From: Octopus sinensis | Taxonomy: Eukaryota | Assembly: GCF_006345805.1 (NCBI RefSeq) | Contig: NC_043000.1 | Coordinates: forward strand, 62,062,001-62,126,000 | Length of the DNA stretch: 64,000 nt | Direction of reading: 5' to 3' | Shown: piece after piece, positions 27,430 to 42,215 of the stretch | How the letters are laid out: the number at the start of each line of letters is the position of its first letter | Numbering within the stretch: position 1 is the first letter of the stretch | Program-made: the position numbers and the translations under genes | The notes under the pieces: generated by a model | What the model saw: only the letters and a program-made list of their open reading frames with translations | What the model was told of the DNA's origin: nothing | Database searches by the model: none

Positions 27430-28320
27430 GGCATTTTCCCTCCTTTTCCCAACAATGATGATTCCGTGCCTAATATTACCTTAAAGAAAAACTTTAATTT
27501 GGCTATTTGCTGTACTTCCAATTCTAGTACTACATACGCTTAGCTAATTTCCTCTTGATTCATCCCTTTCTACCTACCAGTCCTCCAGCCTGATATATCT
27601 AATCGCCATAGGCGAAGTTGCATCCGTTTGTTTCAAATCCTTGACAATGTCAATTCCGTTACAAACATTGTACATCAGGTATTTCCTCATTATTTATCAA
27701 ACTCTTTAATCTCTTATTCTCTACAGGAATATACTCTGGTATTTAGAAATATGTCCATTCCAATGAAAGGTAACCATTGTGAGCTAGCCACTTATCATAC
27801 TGTTGCAGTAATTTCTGACATCCCTAAGGTAAAGGAGACAGCAGTTAACAATGATGTTCTCCTCACTGATCGCCAGTACAGTTTTGTTGTGCTAGATTAA
27901 CAAGAAATCTTTTTTTCTCTTATGTTACTGGCTAATGTTCTGACTTTAGAGAAATTCCTCTCGAGGCATGTTGTCGTAGATATCCGCAAAACCTTAACCA
28001 ACTCTAATACGCGAATCTCATATTAAAAAAATTAGTTGGATCGGTAATTTTTAATCAGATCACTTCATTGCGGTGTGTTGATGGAATTCTTTTTAATCCA
28101 CTATCAATCACCATTGTTGTGTTCCAGATTTCACTTTTTCCCCATTCACTTCCTTCTATGTGTCAATGGCCGACTTAGCGCCACATCCCAAACTTCCCAG
28201 GTGTGCAGATAATATAAAAATTCTCAAGTATGCCCCTTCCACTGCCATACGTCATCCACACGGAGCATGGACATGAAACGCTAAATCTGCACTAAATCTT
28301 TCAACAGAGGTCAGAGTACT
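27430..28320 (+). mobile_element. Decayed CR1/Jockey-like LINE reverse transcriptase fragment
   Basis: IPMKGNHCELATYHTVAVISDIPKVKETAVN (PKKG..NYRPI...SKVME), LLTDRQYSF (QYGFR) and VDIRKT (LDxxKAFD). Confidence 0.7.
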
Positions 28321-30060
28321 CATATAAATTTTTATTCTTATCAAAACAAAAATACTCAAACCCTAATTTGTCGACAAATAGGGGGATAAAACAATGATAA
28401 AGAAAAATTATGAATGTGGTCTTGGCTGTATGTAAAATTGATTATAAAAAAATATACAGACGTTAAAGTAATAATATAAACCAAAATGAAATTATGTCCC
28501 TATACGAGGGCAAGCAGCTTGAGACAATCCAGTAACTTCAAAAAGAATGGTAAATTTAGTTTCCCTGTCCGGGCAGAGTTGCACAGCTTACGTATATTTC
28601 AGTAGACCAGTTCATTTCGTCCCCACTCGCCACTCAAAACATGCTCCAGTCTTTCAGGAGAGCATCACTCTCTAAGTGGAAATTGAAGAAATTGTTGTTC
28701 ATTTATGGCCTTTAGTATGTCATATCGGATATATTATAAGAACAAATTAACTTATGTGTAGGTTTTACATCAAATATGGAAACAAGTAAGAAGTACAACA
28801 GCAAGGGCCGAACTTGAAACCACCTACCAGACAGCTACACAAGACTGATCATGGTATACCATAAATCCCGGATTAACCTTACCACCAAGGAAATGTGTCC
28901 TCAGTAAGGTGCTGTATTTGTAGGTCCATTGTAGGTCCAATCACCAGTGCCTTATTTCAGGAAATTCGCTGGAGGGCAGCACAATAATAATAATACAGTG
29001 ACAGTAAGTAGGTGGAAGTGCATTGTATCATATGCGGCATATAACAAAGGAATAGCTACGTTAATAAAATTTACACGTGCCCGGCGCTATAAGGTGGTTA
29101 AAATGAACCTTCTAGATATATAAATAAAAGATACGAAAATTTAGATTTTTGTCCATCCTAACCACAATGCATTGTATAAAAGAAGTCGAAAACTATCAGA
29201 GTACTGTGTTGATGACAAACTGGATTTAAATGTAGAACGCAACAACAATATTAATAGTTAATATGGAAACCCTAACACATATGAAACATTACAACTTCAC
29301 AGATTAAAATATAAATCTTCAATGCACAGAACACATCCTATTTAAGTTACTTCCGAATGAATAACATGACTCATACAATATACATCTCTCAATATCATTG
29401 AACAACCGGCATAAGACATACGAAATACAATATCTATGCAATAAAATACATAACTTACATATCTTATATTCCACAACAAATCCCCACTGCACAATAATTG
29501 ATTTAGTAATGAGGTTAAATAAATTCAGCGCAATTTAAGCTATTCTATGTAATAAATATATTCCAAAAATAATATTTTGTTTCCTTTCAATTCCCTTCTA
29601 CTGGAAAGCAAATTACCATGTTAATGGATCCTTTAAAGAATATACTAGAACATAGAAGCTGTGCTTAAATGGAGAGAGGGCACGTACAAAGAAATGATGC
29701 GTGACTTGGAAGTGTTGTTTATTGCAATAAAATCTGCTTCTGTGGAAGCCATTCTTTAATTAAACATTGTCAGAAAACAAATGTAAAAGAGGTATCTGAA
29801 AACAATAAAACAGCAAGCAGACTGCAATAAATAGGGAAATAAAGGTATGTCTGTAACTTGTGCTGCAAGCTGACTGACATTGTGTTAACATGCTTAGATT
29901 TTGACACACAATCACACATATATATGCATATACACTAACATGGAAATATGCATATATACGTACATGCGCACATGCATACACACAAACATAACTACATATT
30001 TACCGTACTCATTCTAGTTTTTTTCTATTTTTACTTGTCAATATTCATGCTTTTGTCAGT

Positions 30061-30380
30061 CGGTGAGCTGGCAGAATCATTAACATGCTGGGCAAAATGC
30101 TTAGAAGTATTTACGTTCTGAGTTCAAATTACGCCAAAGTCGACTTTGCTTTTCATCTTTTCGGGGTTGATGAATTGTTGGTTTTGTGCCAAAATTTGAA
30201 ACCAATATCACAGCTTGTACATGGCGGCGGTCGGTTAGAATTGTTACCACAAATCCTACTGAGGTCGACTTTCCTTTCTCTCTCTTTCGCAATCTATGAA
30301 ATAAGTACCATTTGAGCACTGAGGTCGATGTATTCGACTTATCGCCTACACCAAAATTACTGACCTTGTACTAAAATTTG
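30061..30380 (+). mobile_element. tRNA-derived SINE family 1, two rearranged partial units
   Basis: CGGTGAGCTGGCAGAATC, GAGTTCAAAT, GTCGACTTTGCTTTTCATC; a second core at about 30260-30380. Confidence 0.8.
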
Positions 30381-30405
30381 CATGAAATTTATATGAAATA
30401 GCATG

Positions 30406-30810
30406 GGCGCAGGAGTGTCTGTGTGGTGAGTAGCTTGTTTACCAACCACATGGTCCCGGGTTCAGTCCCACTGCGTGGCACCTTGGGCAAGTGTCTTCTA
30501 CTATAGCCTCGGGCCGACCAAAGCCTTGTGAGTGGATTTGGTAGACGGAAACTGAAAGAAGCCCGTCGTATATATGTATATATATATATATATGCGTGTG
30601 TGTGTTTGTGTGTCTGTGTTTGTCCCCCTAGCATTGCTTGACAACCGATGCTGGTGTGTTTATGTCTCCGTTACTTAGCGGTTTGGCAAAAGAGACCGAT
30701 AGAATAAGTACTGGGCTTACAAAAGAATAAGTCCCGGAGTCGAGTTGCTCGATTAAAGGCGGTGCTCCAGCATGGCCGCAGTCAGATGACTGAAACAAGT
30801 AAAAGAGAGA
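30406..30810 (+). mobile_element. tRNA-derived SINE family 2 with internal (TA)/(TG) microsatellite
   Basis: GGCGCAGGAGTG.CTGTGTGG head, B box GGTTCAGTCCC, CORE-like ACCTTGGGCAAGT, tail CCAGCATGGCCGCAGTC..TGACTGAAACAAGTAAAAGA; highly similar to 61291-61680. Confidence 0.9.
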
Positions 30811-32321
30811 ATAAAAGACAGAGTAGCATAAAATATCTCTTCACAAATTCTTTACATTTTTACTGATTTCAGCATATTTTGTAATCGTTGAAACAAATGT
30901 CAGTTTTCTAAGGTAAACTTTTCTCCTGTTATCTTTTGAAAATAGTTATAGGGTACCCTATAAAGCACAAAATATAATCCTCCTGCATATTCTTCCGTAC
31001 CCCGTGTATTTTAAAGCAGAAGCAATTTACCATTAAGCTGAATCCTGCATGATGGACGATAAGGTTTTGAGCACCACATTTAACGAGAAAAGTTCGTGTG
31101 CTGTAAGGAGAGGAGAAAATTCTAAAATTCAAGGCAAGATCTATTTCCACGAATTTAGATCAGGAATCGTTTGATTCTGCTCCTTATTTTTATGTGTATA
31201 GTTTTTTTTTTTACTATTATTGTTTAGCTCCAAATTAATCCCAAGTAAATAGACCTATGAACAAGATGGTTCAAACAGTAAACTATCTGTCTCTTGGTAC
31301 ATCCAGGACCGTATTGTCAAATGTATTCTTTCTTTTAGAGGACGGTAATGTGTTATTTGTTGGGATTTTGATGTTTTTCCGCACATATCGACGACCGTAC
31401 AGAGGTGCTTACCTTGGCATAACAAGCAAAAGCTAATGAGATATAACTTATTGCAGGCTGATGGTTTTTGTCGGATATTGCACGTATGGGAAGGAATGTG
31501 ATTGCTTAATCGAAAATCGAGCTTACAAACATTCATCTCACTTTACATACATATCGACTATATCACGTATATCTTTAGAGTCTTAATATGCCTGAGTGTT
31601 GTTCTCCAAATCGATGCCAACTACTCTACTAGCCAACTAATATACTTCACAACTACATCTTTCCTACAAACTTTATATTCTTCCAACCAACTACCTCGAA
31701 TTCATCGTTAAATTGGAATCGATAATCATTGTATTGATTTCTAACGTTAATTAGTATATAATGGCTTACAGGAGAAAATATAGATGTTAGATATATTTCC
31801 AATTCGCCAGTTTGTTGCAAAAATACAATGAATTTTACAAGTGAAAATGGAAAAAAAGTACAAAATAAAAACACAAATGTAGTAGCTGATAAACAAATAG
31901 ATTTAAAATATCTAACGAAATGCATTTTTAAATAAAGTTTGCAAAATGAACTCGCATAGTTTAATTATGTCTAATCAGTAAATGCTAATTATCTCCAAAG
32001 CATTCCATAGACTCAGATTTCACATCAAAGTTAAAAATTGATCATAATACTTGATTGATGATATTTTATTATCGCAACCTCCAGGTCGATATAGCAAAGT
32101 ATATCTAGGTATGTTTTCAGTTCACATCACGGTGGATACGAAGTGAAAACAGACCAACCTACTACAAGGCGTTTTGTCCACCACTACTAGTTCTGCGATC
32201 CATCACAAGAACAGCACAGATTCTGTAGTGTTGTCGAGTTAATTACACTTGTACTTATGCTTGTGTATCTATTCATATATAAACATACCTAACTTCATGG
32301 CCTTCATACTCCTCCCTATTC

Positions 32322-32430
32322 ACCTACCTACCTACCTACCTACCTTCTTACCTACCCACCTACCTTCCCACCTACCTACCTACTTACCTACCTACCTACT
32401 TAACTACCTACCTACCTAAATTCCTACCTA
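32322..32430. repeat. (ACCT)n tetranucleotide repeat
   Basis: Direct inspection. Confidence 0.9.
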
Positions 32431-32880
32431 CTCATCTCTCTATGTGTCTACCTCTCTCTCATATATACTTTTCTTTCTACCAGTGTAAATAACCGCCTAC
32501 TCTGATAATATCGATAAGTACTTAAGCCTAATAAAAAAAATCAAACTGAATAATGGCGATGGCCTAGCATGCCTTTGGGCTAGGACATATAGAAGGGGAT
32601 ACAAAGTAGCAAGAACATCTATTTGCTACCTATGGCTATTTCAATTTGATTTAGCGTTCTTTCCATATATCTGGCCATCAATCATACTATCTTCTATACG
32701 TCAAACTATCTATCTATGCGCATTGGCAGATGCATCAAAGAATAGTAGATATAGAATCGTTTGAACATTAAATCCTGCAACGGCAACTAAACTTATTTTT
32801 GTCCGTCACGATATTTTATTAAATGACAATTAAAATTCATGTAATTGCTTTCTACTTCGTTCCTTCCGATCAACACAGAC

Positions 32881-32915
<35 letters not shown>

Positions 32916-34469
32916 TGCACACACACACACACACACACATGCACACACACACACTCTCTCTCTCTTTTTCTCTTTCTCTCTTTGCCTCTTCCTTCAACTA
33001 ACCACGTAACAGAGCCGTACATTTAACTTTAGCGTACAAGACAAGCTGGGATCAGGTTTACCACCGACTGACGGAAGGCTACAATCTGTACTACTGGTCC
33101 ATTGGCGTAAATCTACGTGATCTATGAGCAATAAAATATTAGTTGTAGAAAATATCGCAACGTAACATCCCTTAGCTAAAGGCAGACGTGTTTTTAAAGA
33201 TTTGAATGACAACCTGCCTAGAGAAGGTGTCGCTGTAAGAATGCTAACTGTACACTCGAATGGGAATTCCCACAGTTGTATAAAAAGCACTTGAATTTCA
33301 GGTGAAGATTTCTTGACCGGTAGAGGGAGGATTGAGCTCACTCAGGACATCAAACCACGGCAACTGCAAAGTATAGAATAAGTTGAGAAAAATATGATTA
33401 GAGCAGTCATGAAATATTACATCGGGCGCGATCCTAGTAATCGGAAATGTCTATGAGAGATGACTATAGAGAAAATAGAGACTTGGAAAATAAGAGAAAC
33501 AACGAAGTATCTCAGTTTCAGGTGATTTAGTACTTAGAAATACCTCAGCAACAACAGCAACAACATAACGAATGAAGGATGAATACAAGGAAATAGATTA
33601 GATGATGAAATGTACATTTTGAAACAAGAACAAAAATGAACATGGCAACGTAAAATATGAAGACACAACAAAGGAAAAAATGTCAACAGTGGATAGGATT
33701 TTGGTTGTTATGAAGCAAGAGGACAGAAAGAATGAAACTAGTTAATAAAAAAGCGAATATTGTTGTAGGACAAATCATAGGTGTAGAGTGGAGAAAAGAC
33801 TAAATAGGGAGATACTTAGCCATGATAGAAGAGAAGAGTTAATGGTCAAATCAAGTGAATACAAAAGAAGATTTACAGGCTTGAATAATTCCTCCCCGCC
33901 CACACCCACACCCAAAATCTACATATTCAACGCTTAAGATTTAACAAAGAGGTTCTAGCAGAGCTAGAACACATTTTTCATTAAAAGGGAACAAGTCCAC
34001 CAGATGAGATTCTTTCAAAACAATCATAAAAGGTTATTTGAGAAATTCCAGACGCGAAAAAAATAGTTTTTGTGAGTTATATATTAAGCATAAGGAAAAT
34101 GTAGATTTGTTTTTTGAACATGGAAATCGAAGTGAATAAGACAGATGAAGAAAACTACCTAAACATAACTGTGCATATGACCCGAAAACAAACAAAAGAG
34201 CACTCCAGTATAACATAATGGAGCTCAAAGGGTACAGACTGTTAGTGGGTTAGGACATGGAAGTCACTACATCACAGAATGGCACAAATACCTGACAAAT
34301 GTCCCAGTTTTAATCTCGTCCCAGTTTGGTTATATAAAGAGACTATGGTGTTCATAAAGAGAAAACAAAAAGAAACAATGTAACCAAGAACAATAATGTG
34401 GAAACTAAAGAAAAAAATTATTAAAGATAATTTCCAAGCCGTAGGCTCCTTAGAATGGTTTTCCTAATT

Positions 34470-34660
34470 TTGTGACGCCTGTGTTCCCACCTAGACGGAA
34501 TGCCTGTCCGTCGCGGTATTACTCATTTTTGCCAGCCGAGTGAACTGGAGTAACAAGAAATGAAGTGTTTTGCTCAAGAATACAAGGCATTACCCGGTCC
34601 ACAATCTTATCTTACGACTATAAATATCGCACCCTAACCACTAAGCCACGCGCCTCCACA
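34470..34660 (-). mobile_element. tRNA-derived SINE family 3
   Basis: Reverse complement begins GGAGGCGCGTGGCTTAGTGGTTAGGGTG (A box TGGCTTAGTGG); related copies at 2370-2535 and about 54705-54780. Confidence 0.7.
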
Positions 34661-35973
34661 ATGCTGAAACTACTGACCAGCATGATCTTCTAAAACATCA
34701 ACCAAGATTTGCGTACCAACTATGTGCAAGCAGAATGGAAAGTTTGCTGAAAGCAACGCTGTGACGCAAAATATTAATTCCTCCTTGATTAGAATACACT
34801 GAAATTGTGGAGGACAGGCAGATATATCTGTCATCTGGATGGGATGGATTACTAAAATACTTCTAATAAGATCCCACATTCCAGGATTGCGTGTGGATAT
34901 AAGAATAGAATTTGGTTTAATTAAATAAGCACATTGTCTTACCATGACGAGAAAATAGTCTCAGATATGTGGAAATCAGTACTGTACAAATAAGGATTTA
35001 AACTGACAAGGAGAGTATTTCAAGTATTTACGTATTTTGAAAGGCAACAGTATAAACAATAAAAAGAGCAAAGCGAAAAAGGAACCCATAAGAAGGAAAA
35101 AATAAAAGTTTTTACACAGCATATATTACTACAGCTTTCAACTCAACTCACGCGTAGTGTAATAATCATCCGATTCACAGGTAGGTATTATCAACTGGAA
35201 CACCCAAAACCTACAGAAGAATGATAGGAAAACTAGAAAGCTGCTGACGATATATATTCTTTTATTCTCGTATTCCTTTATTTGTTTCAGCCATTTGACT
35301 GGACTTATTTTTGTAAGCCTAGTACTTATTCTATCGGGCTCTTTTGCCAAACCGCTAAGTAATAAAAAAGTACAAGAAAAGAAAAGAGACAAAGAAATAC
35401 AGTTGCAAAAAAGGAGAGAAAGGGTAGAATAAATAGAAAACAAAAGAGTGAAAACGACCGAAAAAAACGACTAAAAATCAATAGAAAATGTATAGACGAT
35501 TTCAATGGCAAGGTTTAGTATTTAATTATGATCCTAATCGTAATTATGCATCTGCAAAAATTGTCTCCCTGGGCTCTATGTGCAAAATATGTGAAACATG
35601 TGGTGCTAGGAAGTGGGACAATGTATAATTAAGTATGTGTTGTTCTGAAGGTAAAGTCCATTTACCAATAACTGAGCGTCCACAACTCAGAAAACATCAT
35701 TTGGATACCACTTCAGAATCAAAACACTTTCTTAAAATTATGTTTTTCTAATGACATCATTTGGGGCAAAAATTAATAGGGAAAGTGGGTTCATGCCGAG
35801 TTTTAAAGTGCAAAGACAAATTTATCAGAAATGGCTCCCTTACGCCTTTACGGAATAAAGATCCACAGATTTTACAAATATATTTGTATGTGTGTGATTG
35901 TCTAAGTAATTTCGTTGGGTGTTTTTTTAGTTAAAGTGCTTTGTGGTGTTACTGTTAATCCTCTGAGTCATTA

Positions 35974-36002
35974 ACTCGGGCAACGCCGGGTATTTCAGCT
36001 AG
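35974..36002 (+). mobile_element. Helitron 3' terminus (5' end not located)
   Basis: ACTCGGGCAACGCCGGGTATTTCAGCTAG/T: a GC-rich hairpin ~8 nt upstream of CTAG, followed by T. Confidence 0.75.
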
Positions 36003-36004
36003 TG

Positions 36005-36037
<33 letters not shown>

Positions 36038-36295
36038 TATATATATATTCTATATAAATGAAAATACTTCCTTCGTTTTGCTGCTTTTATTGCTACAAAA
36101 TGAGATGATACATTGTCGAACTGTTATTTTAACGAGTTGTATCTGCACCACCAGATACTCCTGAACCAGTTGCTTGAGGGATCGATGCTAGATATGTCGA
36201 AACAATTGTCATGATTGATAAAAATTCTTGTATATTCCAACTTCCGTCTTTCATTTACCATGTGTGTGTGTGTGTATATATGTGTGTGTGTGTGA

Positions 36296-36380
<85 letters not shown>

Positions 36381-36449
36381 GCGTTTGTGTTACATATATA
36401 TAGCATATAACGTATATATATGTAACATATATATGAGGTGAGGTATATG

Positions 36450-36492
<43 letters not shown>

Positions 36493-37653
36493 GTATGTAT
36501 GGATGCGTGGGTGAATAGATGGATGGATGGGTGGATGTTCATGAAATTGCTGATACTAATATACTGAAGATGATATGCAATTGTGGATGACGAGGTATGA
36601 TAAACGTAGTGATGTTTTGTATTAGAGGGACATTGTTTGTACGAGGATGTAAAAGAAAGTAAAATATGCTGATAATCATGAAAATAAGAAACAAATAATA
36701 TATGCCGGGAAAGAGAAAGAAAATATGGAAAGGATGAATAAAAAAGCAAACAAAAGAAGCACGTATTCATTTTCTGGAACACTGCATACACAAGCACTCA
36801 ATCAATGAACCGACTAAGTAAAGGCGAAATCATTAAGGTCATATAAGGTACTATAGTGGCAACTCAGTAACTATTAGGACACGATAAATGAGCATACATT
36901 TTAGGAAGAAGGTTATATCGTTATTATATTGTTATGTGATGAGTGCGGGCAAGAGAGAGAGGAGGTTAGTGAAACCCACTTAGAATCTACAAGGAAACTC
37001 GCCAACGACAAGACTTACTGATATAAAGCAGACGTTTAAGTTTTAAATAATACAATTAGAGAAAAAATAGTTTATTGCAAGTTTAGAATGAAAGAGAAAC
37101 AAGGAATAAGTTAAAATTGCATAAAACTTAATCTTAAAAGTAGATTTGATTTTTTTTTTAAATACGAAAAACATCTACAGATTTTATTTCTTGAAATGAA
37201 GAAAGCAATACATAAAAAAGAAGAAAAGAAGACGAAAGACAATAAAGATCATAAGTTTTCATTGTTTAGTTTTGAACGAGGAAGCTGATAAGTCTCTGAG
37301 GGTAAAATATTAAAAGAAGAAAGAATAAAAGCAATATACTATAGCGTGCAGTAGAGACTCACTTAACAGATTTAAAATCTAGAATAATGTTTTCACTAAC
37401 AAGAAAAAAAACCCAGTAAAACCAGTAAAAAATTCTGAAGAAGAGTGATTCGGAATTGCGCAACAGACTGAAAAAATGAAGTGCTCCTTGAGTTGCTTTT
37501 TGGGACTTAGCAAAAAAGCAACATATTCAAATTTTTGCTTCTCAGAATTTTTTTATCAAACTTACATTTGATTATAGTGCCCAACTCATATATCTTCAAG
37601 AAGATGCACTCAACACAAATATACTTACATGCATACATACATACATACATACA

Positions 37654-37686
<33 letters not shown>

Positions 37687-37805
37687 CTATTGTATATAAT
37701 AAATACAAATACTAAAGCATATATATATAATATGTAAATATATGCACTTATACATACATATATGTATATACCTACATATATATGTATATATACATGCATA
37801 TATGG

Positions 37806-38393
37806 GTACAGGACATCAAAAACCGTTGAACATAACGAGAAAAGAAAACATAAAAACTAAAACATAGAAAACGAACTTTTTCTAATGACGAAAAGCGAGA
37901 CATGCAACATAAAGAAATTCCCCTTCATCAGTTGTCTCGGTTTCATCTACTCCGCTTTCCGAAGGCAAGGACAATACGCGACTTCGTTGAAACAATCCTT
38001 CCAGCAAAGCAAATTAAATAAAATTTGGGATTTTTTGCATAGGGTGAAAGTGGTAAGAGGAACAGGACAATGAGAACAAGACAGTAAAAACAAATGGTGA
38101 GGGCTCTTAATCCAAGACGATAGAAAAATTATTAGGAACGCTAGGGAGACGAGCTTATGAGAGGAGACAGGTATAAGCACGTGTTGTCTTTAGGAAGAAA
38201 ATGAGCAGAAAGATATATTTTCTTTCGTCACGTGTCAGTGACGAGAGAGTCAAGGAAGAAGAGTGATAGAGAGGGAACGGTGAAAAGAAGAGGAGAAAAT
38301 AGGGAAGGGTGGGAGGGAAAACCAGAAAGGGTGAAGAACAAGAGATGGAGAGAGATAGACAGCGAGGAGATATATAGGCATACCTATATATGC

Positions 38394-38427
<34 letters not shown>

Positions 38428-39800
38428 CACACTGATATATATATACACGCACACAAGACATTTGTCGAAACGCGCATAGCGATGCATTAAATTCCATCTT
38501 TGGATTATGTATATATATATATATATGTATGTATATATGCATGTATATATATATGTACGTGTATATGTATGTATGCATGTATATATGTATGTGTGTATGT
38601 ATGTATGTATTATGTATGTATGCATGCATGCATGTATGTATGTATGTATGCATGCATGCATGTATGTATGTATGTGTGTGTATATATATATATATATGTA
38701 TGTATGTATATATGCATGTATATATGTATGTGTATGTATGCATGCATGTATGTATGTATGTATGCATGCATGTATGTATGTATGTATGCATGCATGTATG
38801 TATGTATGTATGTGTGTATATATATATGTATGTATGTATATATGCATGTATATATGTATGTATGAGGGGGAGGTATGTATGCATGTATATATGTATGTGT
38901 ATGCATGCATGTATGTATGTATGTATGTATGTATGTATGTATGTATGTATGTATGCATGAATATAAAAGTAAAGAATGGATTACAATTATTGCATGCTTC
39001 ACAATTTTTACAGGTATATGACTAACAAATCAAATATATATCTACATAAAATTTCGTGTATATTTGAACACTCATGTGTGTGTACGAAAGAGGGGCAGAA
39101 ATAGCAGATGAAGAGGGGCAGAATAGCATGTTTAGATACGAATATGTTATAAGCGTTAGTGGTTATAAGGGTTAGTATTAGGACATGTATGCCAGGAGAG
39201 AAAAAATCTAGTAGTAATAATAGATTCCTGCTCATCATTAAAGAGTTCAAAGAAAAAGGAGGTTATGTAATATACTACACCTAGTATAGAGTGAGAGGAA
39301 ATACCAGATCGGATATCAAAGAAAGCCAGCAGTGGAAAGTAGTCTAATGTTTAACAGTTTGAAATGTTATATAGATGGCGTTGATATTATTTAATTAGAT
39401 AGTATAATTACCATTGTGTGAATCAGGTAATGAAACTCAGCACAATAGTTGCAGGTAAGAGGTTTGGATAGTGTGTTCCATCTATTGTTTAACATACGCG
39501 GCACAGATAACTGTATCTTGGTATAAGGATTACCTAATTAGTGGAATTGGAAAAGAACTGGCTAGGGGTTGCAAGCTGCTACTACTAGGTTAGCTATCTT
39601 CGCTATCGCTAATGCTTAATACTGGGTACACCACAAAGAGAATGGTTAGTTCCTTCAATATAGCATACCATGCAAGCATAGTAAGAGTGGTTTGGAAGTA
39701 ATGGAACGGAAGAACGAGACGAGAAGAACTCAGACAAATAAGGAGAACAATCGATTTTGGGTCATCAATAGAGGGAGTAAATTAGATTGGCCCTAGGTAA
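37806..39800 (-). mobile_element. Decayed Penelope-like element remnants interrupted by a microsatellite
   Basis: Weak FFDI (FLD-like) RT motif near 39330-39310 on the minus strand, C/T-rich decayed coding sequence, and a terminal segment with CTGATGAAGGGG (minus strand, ~37931). Boundaries approximate. Confidence 0.4.
38506..38958. repeat. ~450-bp compound (TATG)n/(TGCA)/(TA)n microsatellite
   Basis: Direct inspection; the source of several spurious ORFs. Confidence 0.95.
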
Positions 39801-40328
39801 AGAGCTATTAGAGAGGTTGTTTAATGTCCATAAAATGTTTAAAGGTGCGAGTACCCTTATGTATACAGGAAAGACGGAGGTCTTGTTTCTTATTTATTAG
39901 ATTTTCACTACTTGATCTCTTTAAAATTTCAGACAGTATAAAGTGATATCCTTGAAATTTTAAACAGTGTTAAATGTTAAATTTGATTTGAGTTAGGACA
40001 TCATTAGAGTGGTTAAAACGTACTGAAACAGTAGATGCGGATGCAGGCTTTGCTGCATGGAGCTGTTATTATTCATTTGATTATAATACAGTAAGGGGAT
40101 TTACGACTTCTCAGACAACCTAGATTATACCGACAACATACAACTCTACGTAACGCGTGCTTTGTACCAGCCATAGGTGCTAAATACTCATAGGGTTAGT
40201 TTATTGTGTGTAGACAACCGGAATATCGTTTGATACTTACCAGCCATAGGCCGGAACCACAGAACCACAGACTTATCCCACCCTACATGGTGCATATATT
40301 TTCAAATACCTGGTTCTCTCTGATTCCT

Positions 40329-40405
<77 letters not shown>

Positions 40406-40413
40406 GGTCCCTA

Positions 40414-42215
40414 TATCTATTCCTTCTGTTTTGCATATGTGAATTACAGGGTTTGTCATGCCTGGAGTCCAACTTTGATAGAAATAAGCATTCTTGAACA
40501 TCATGTTTCTGGATTATAAACATATTGAATATATATTCCATATATATTTTTGATATATATTTCATATACATTGCATATATATTTCACATCCTTCTTCAGC
40601 ACAGCTTTCCATTGAAAAAGATTTATCATAGATTTATCAAATGCTACGTACCTCAAACCTTCTGACCATGCGACATCAAAATATTTGAAGAAAGTGAGCA
40701 AAAGCTAAACCTACATAGACGTTTGAATTTGTAAATCTTCCCTCCAAAATTTTGCCATGCGCATTACAAAAATAGTTCCATAAGATGGGGAACAATTAGG
40801 TTGTCATAAGGGAGTGAAAAATCCAAATAGTAATATAATAATAAGAGTAAATAATTTCTATAAAGGCTTTAAAAAAAACCCCAATTATTTACTGGTAGAA
40901 TTCGGTATGTAAATATAGCCGATTACCGGCAGGAACTTCTGTAAAGTTCAGTATATATATTGTATATAAGAAAAAGGGACAGGCAAACAGGTTGCTTGAC
41001 CGCATACCGAAAAAATAGAAATAGCACTCAAGAATGCTTATTTCTATCAAAGTTGAACTCCGGGCATGACAAACCCTGTAATTCACATATACAAAACAGA
41101 AGGAATAGATAACGAATACGAAGTCTGGCGGTTATCTGTGAACATCATGTTTCTGGATTATAAATATATTGAATATATATTCCATATATATTTTTGATAT
41201 ATATTTCATATACATTGCATATATATTTCACATCCTTCTTCAGCACAGCTTTCCATTGAAAAAGATTTATCATAGATTTATCAAATGCTACGTACCTCAA
41301 ACCTTCTGACCATGCGACATCAAAATATTTGAAGAAAGTGAGCAAAAGCTAAACCTACATAGACGTTTGAATTCGTAAATCTTCCCTCCAAAATTTTGCC
41401 ATGCGCATTACAAAAATAGTTCCATAAGATGGGGAACAATTAGGTTGTCATAAGGGAGTGAAAAATCCAAATAGTAATATAATAATAAGAGTAAATAATT
41501 TCTATAAAGGCTTTTAAAAAAAACCCAATTATTTACTGGTAGCTTTCCATTGAAAAAGATTTATCATAGATTTATCAAATGCTACGTATCTCAAACCTTC
41601 TGACCATGCGACATCAAAATATTTTACATACCGAATTCTACCAGTAAATAATTGGGTTTTTTTTAAAAGCCTTTATAGAAATTATTTACTCTTATTATTA
41701 TATTACTATTTGGATTTTTCACTCCCTTATGACAACCTAATTGTTCCCCATCTTATGGAACTATTTTTGTAATGCGTATGGCAAAATTTTGGAGGGAAGA
41801 TTTACGAATTCAAACGTCTATGTAGGTTTAGCTTTTGCTCACTTTCTTCAAATATTTTGATGTCGCATGGTCAGAAGGTTTGAGGTACGTAGCATTTGAT
41901 AAATCTATGATAAATCTTTTTCAATGGAAAGCTGTGCTGAAGAAGGATGTGAAATATATATGCAATGTATATGAAATATATATCAAAAATATATATGGAA
42001 TATATATTCAATATGTTTATAATCCAGAAACATGATGTTCACAGATAACCGCCAGACTTCGTATTCGTTATCTATTCCTTCTGTTTTGCATATGTGAATT
42101 ACAGGGTTTGTCATGCCCGGAGTCCAACTTTCATAGAAATAAGCATTCTTGACTGCTATTTCTATTTTTTCGGTATGCGGTCAAGCAACCTGTTTGCCTG
42201 TCCCTTTTTCTTATA

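Noticed and set aside
32994-33341. 115-aa minus-strand ORF
   Set aside because: No recognisable domain; it lies upstream of purine-rich decayed LINE-like sequence on the plus strand (about 33400-34400) and is probably antisense to an old element.
38155-39025. Longest ORFs in the track (up to 267 aa, H/T/Y/I or M/Y/V/C rich)
   Set aside because: Translations of a (TATG)n microsatellite, open in nearly all frames on both strands.
40090-40293. Possible short LTR followed by a PBS (CCCTACA-TGGTG)
   Set aside because: No clean 5' TG end, no second LTR and no internal domain follows.
40891-40903. ACTGGTAGAATTC resembles part of miR-183/263
   Set aside because: The seed (ATGGCAC) is absent, there is no precursor hairpin, and it lies in a repeated unit.
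40501-42035. Thrice-repeated 66-aa ORF as a gene family
   Set aside because: It starts at TTG, is low complexity and only marks the duplicated non-coding unit.
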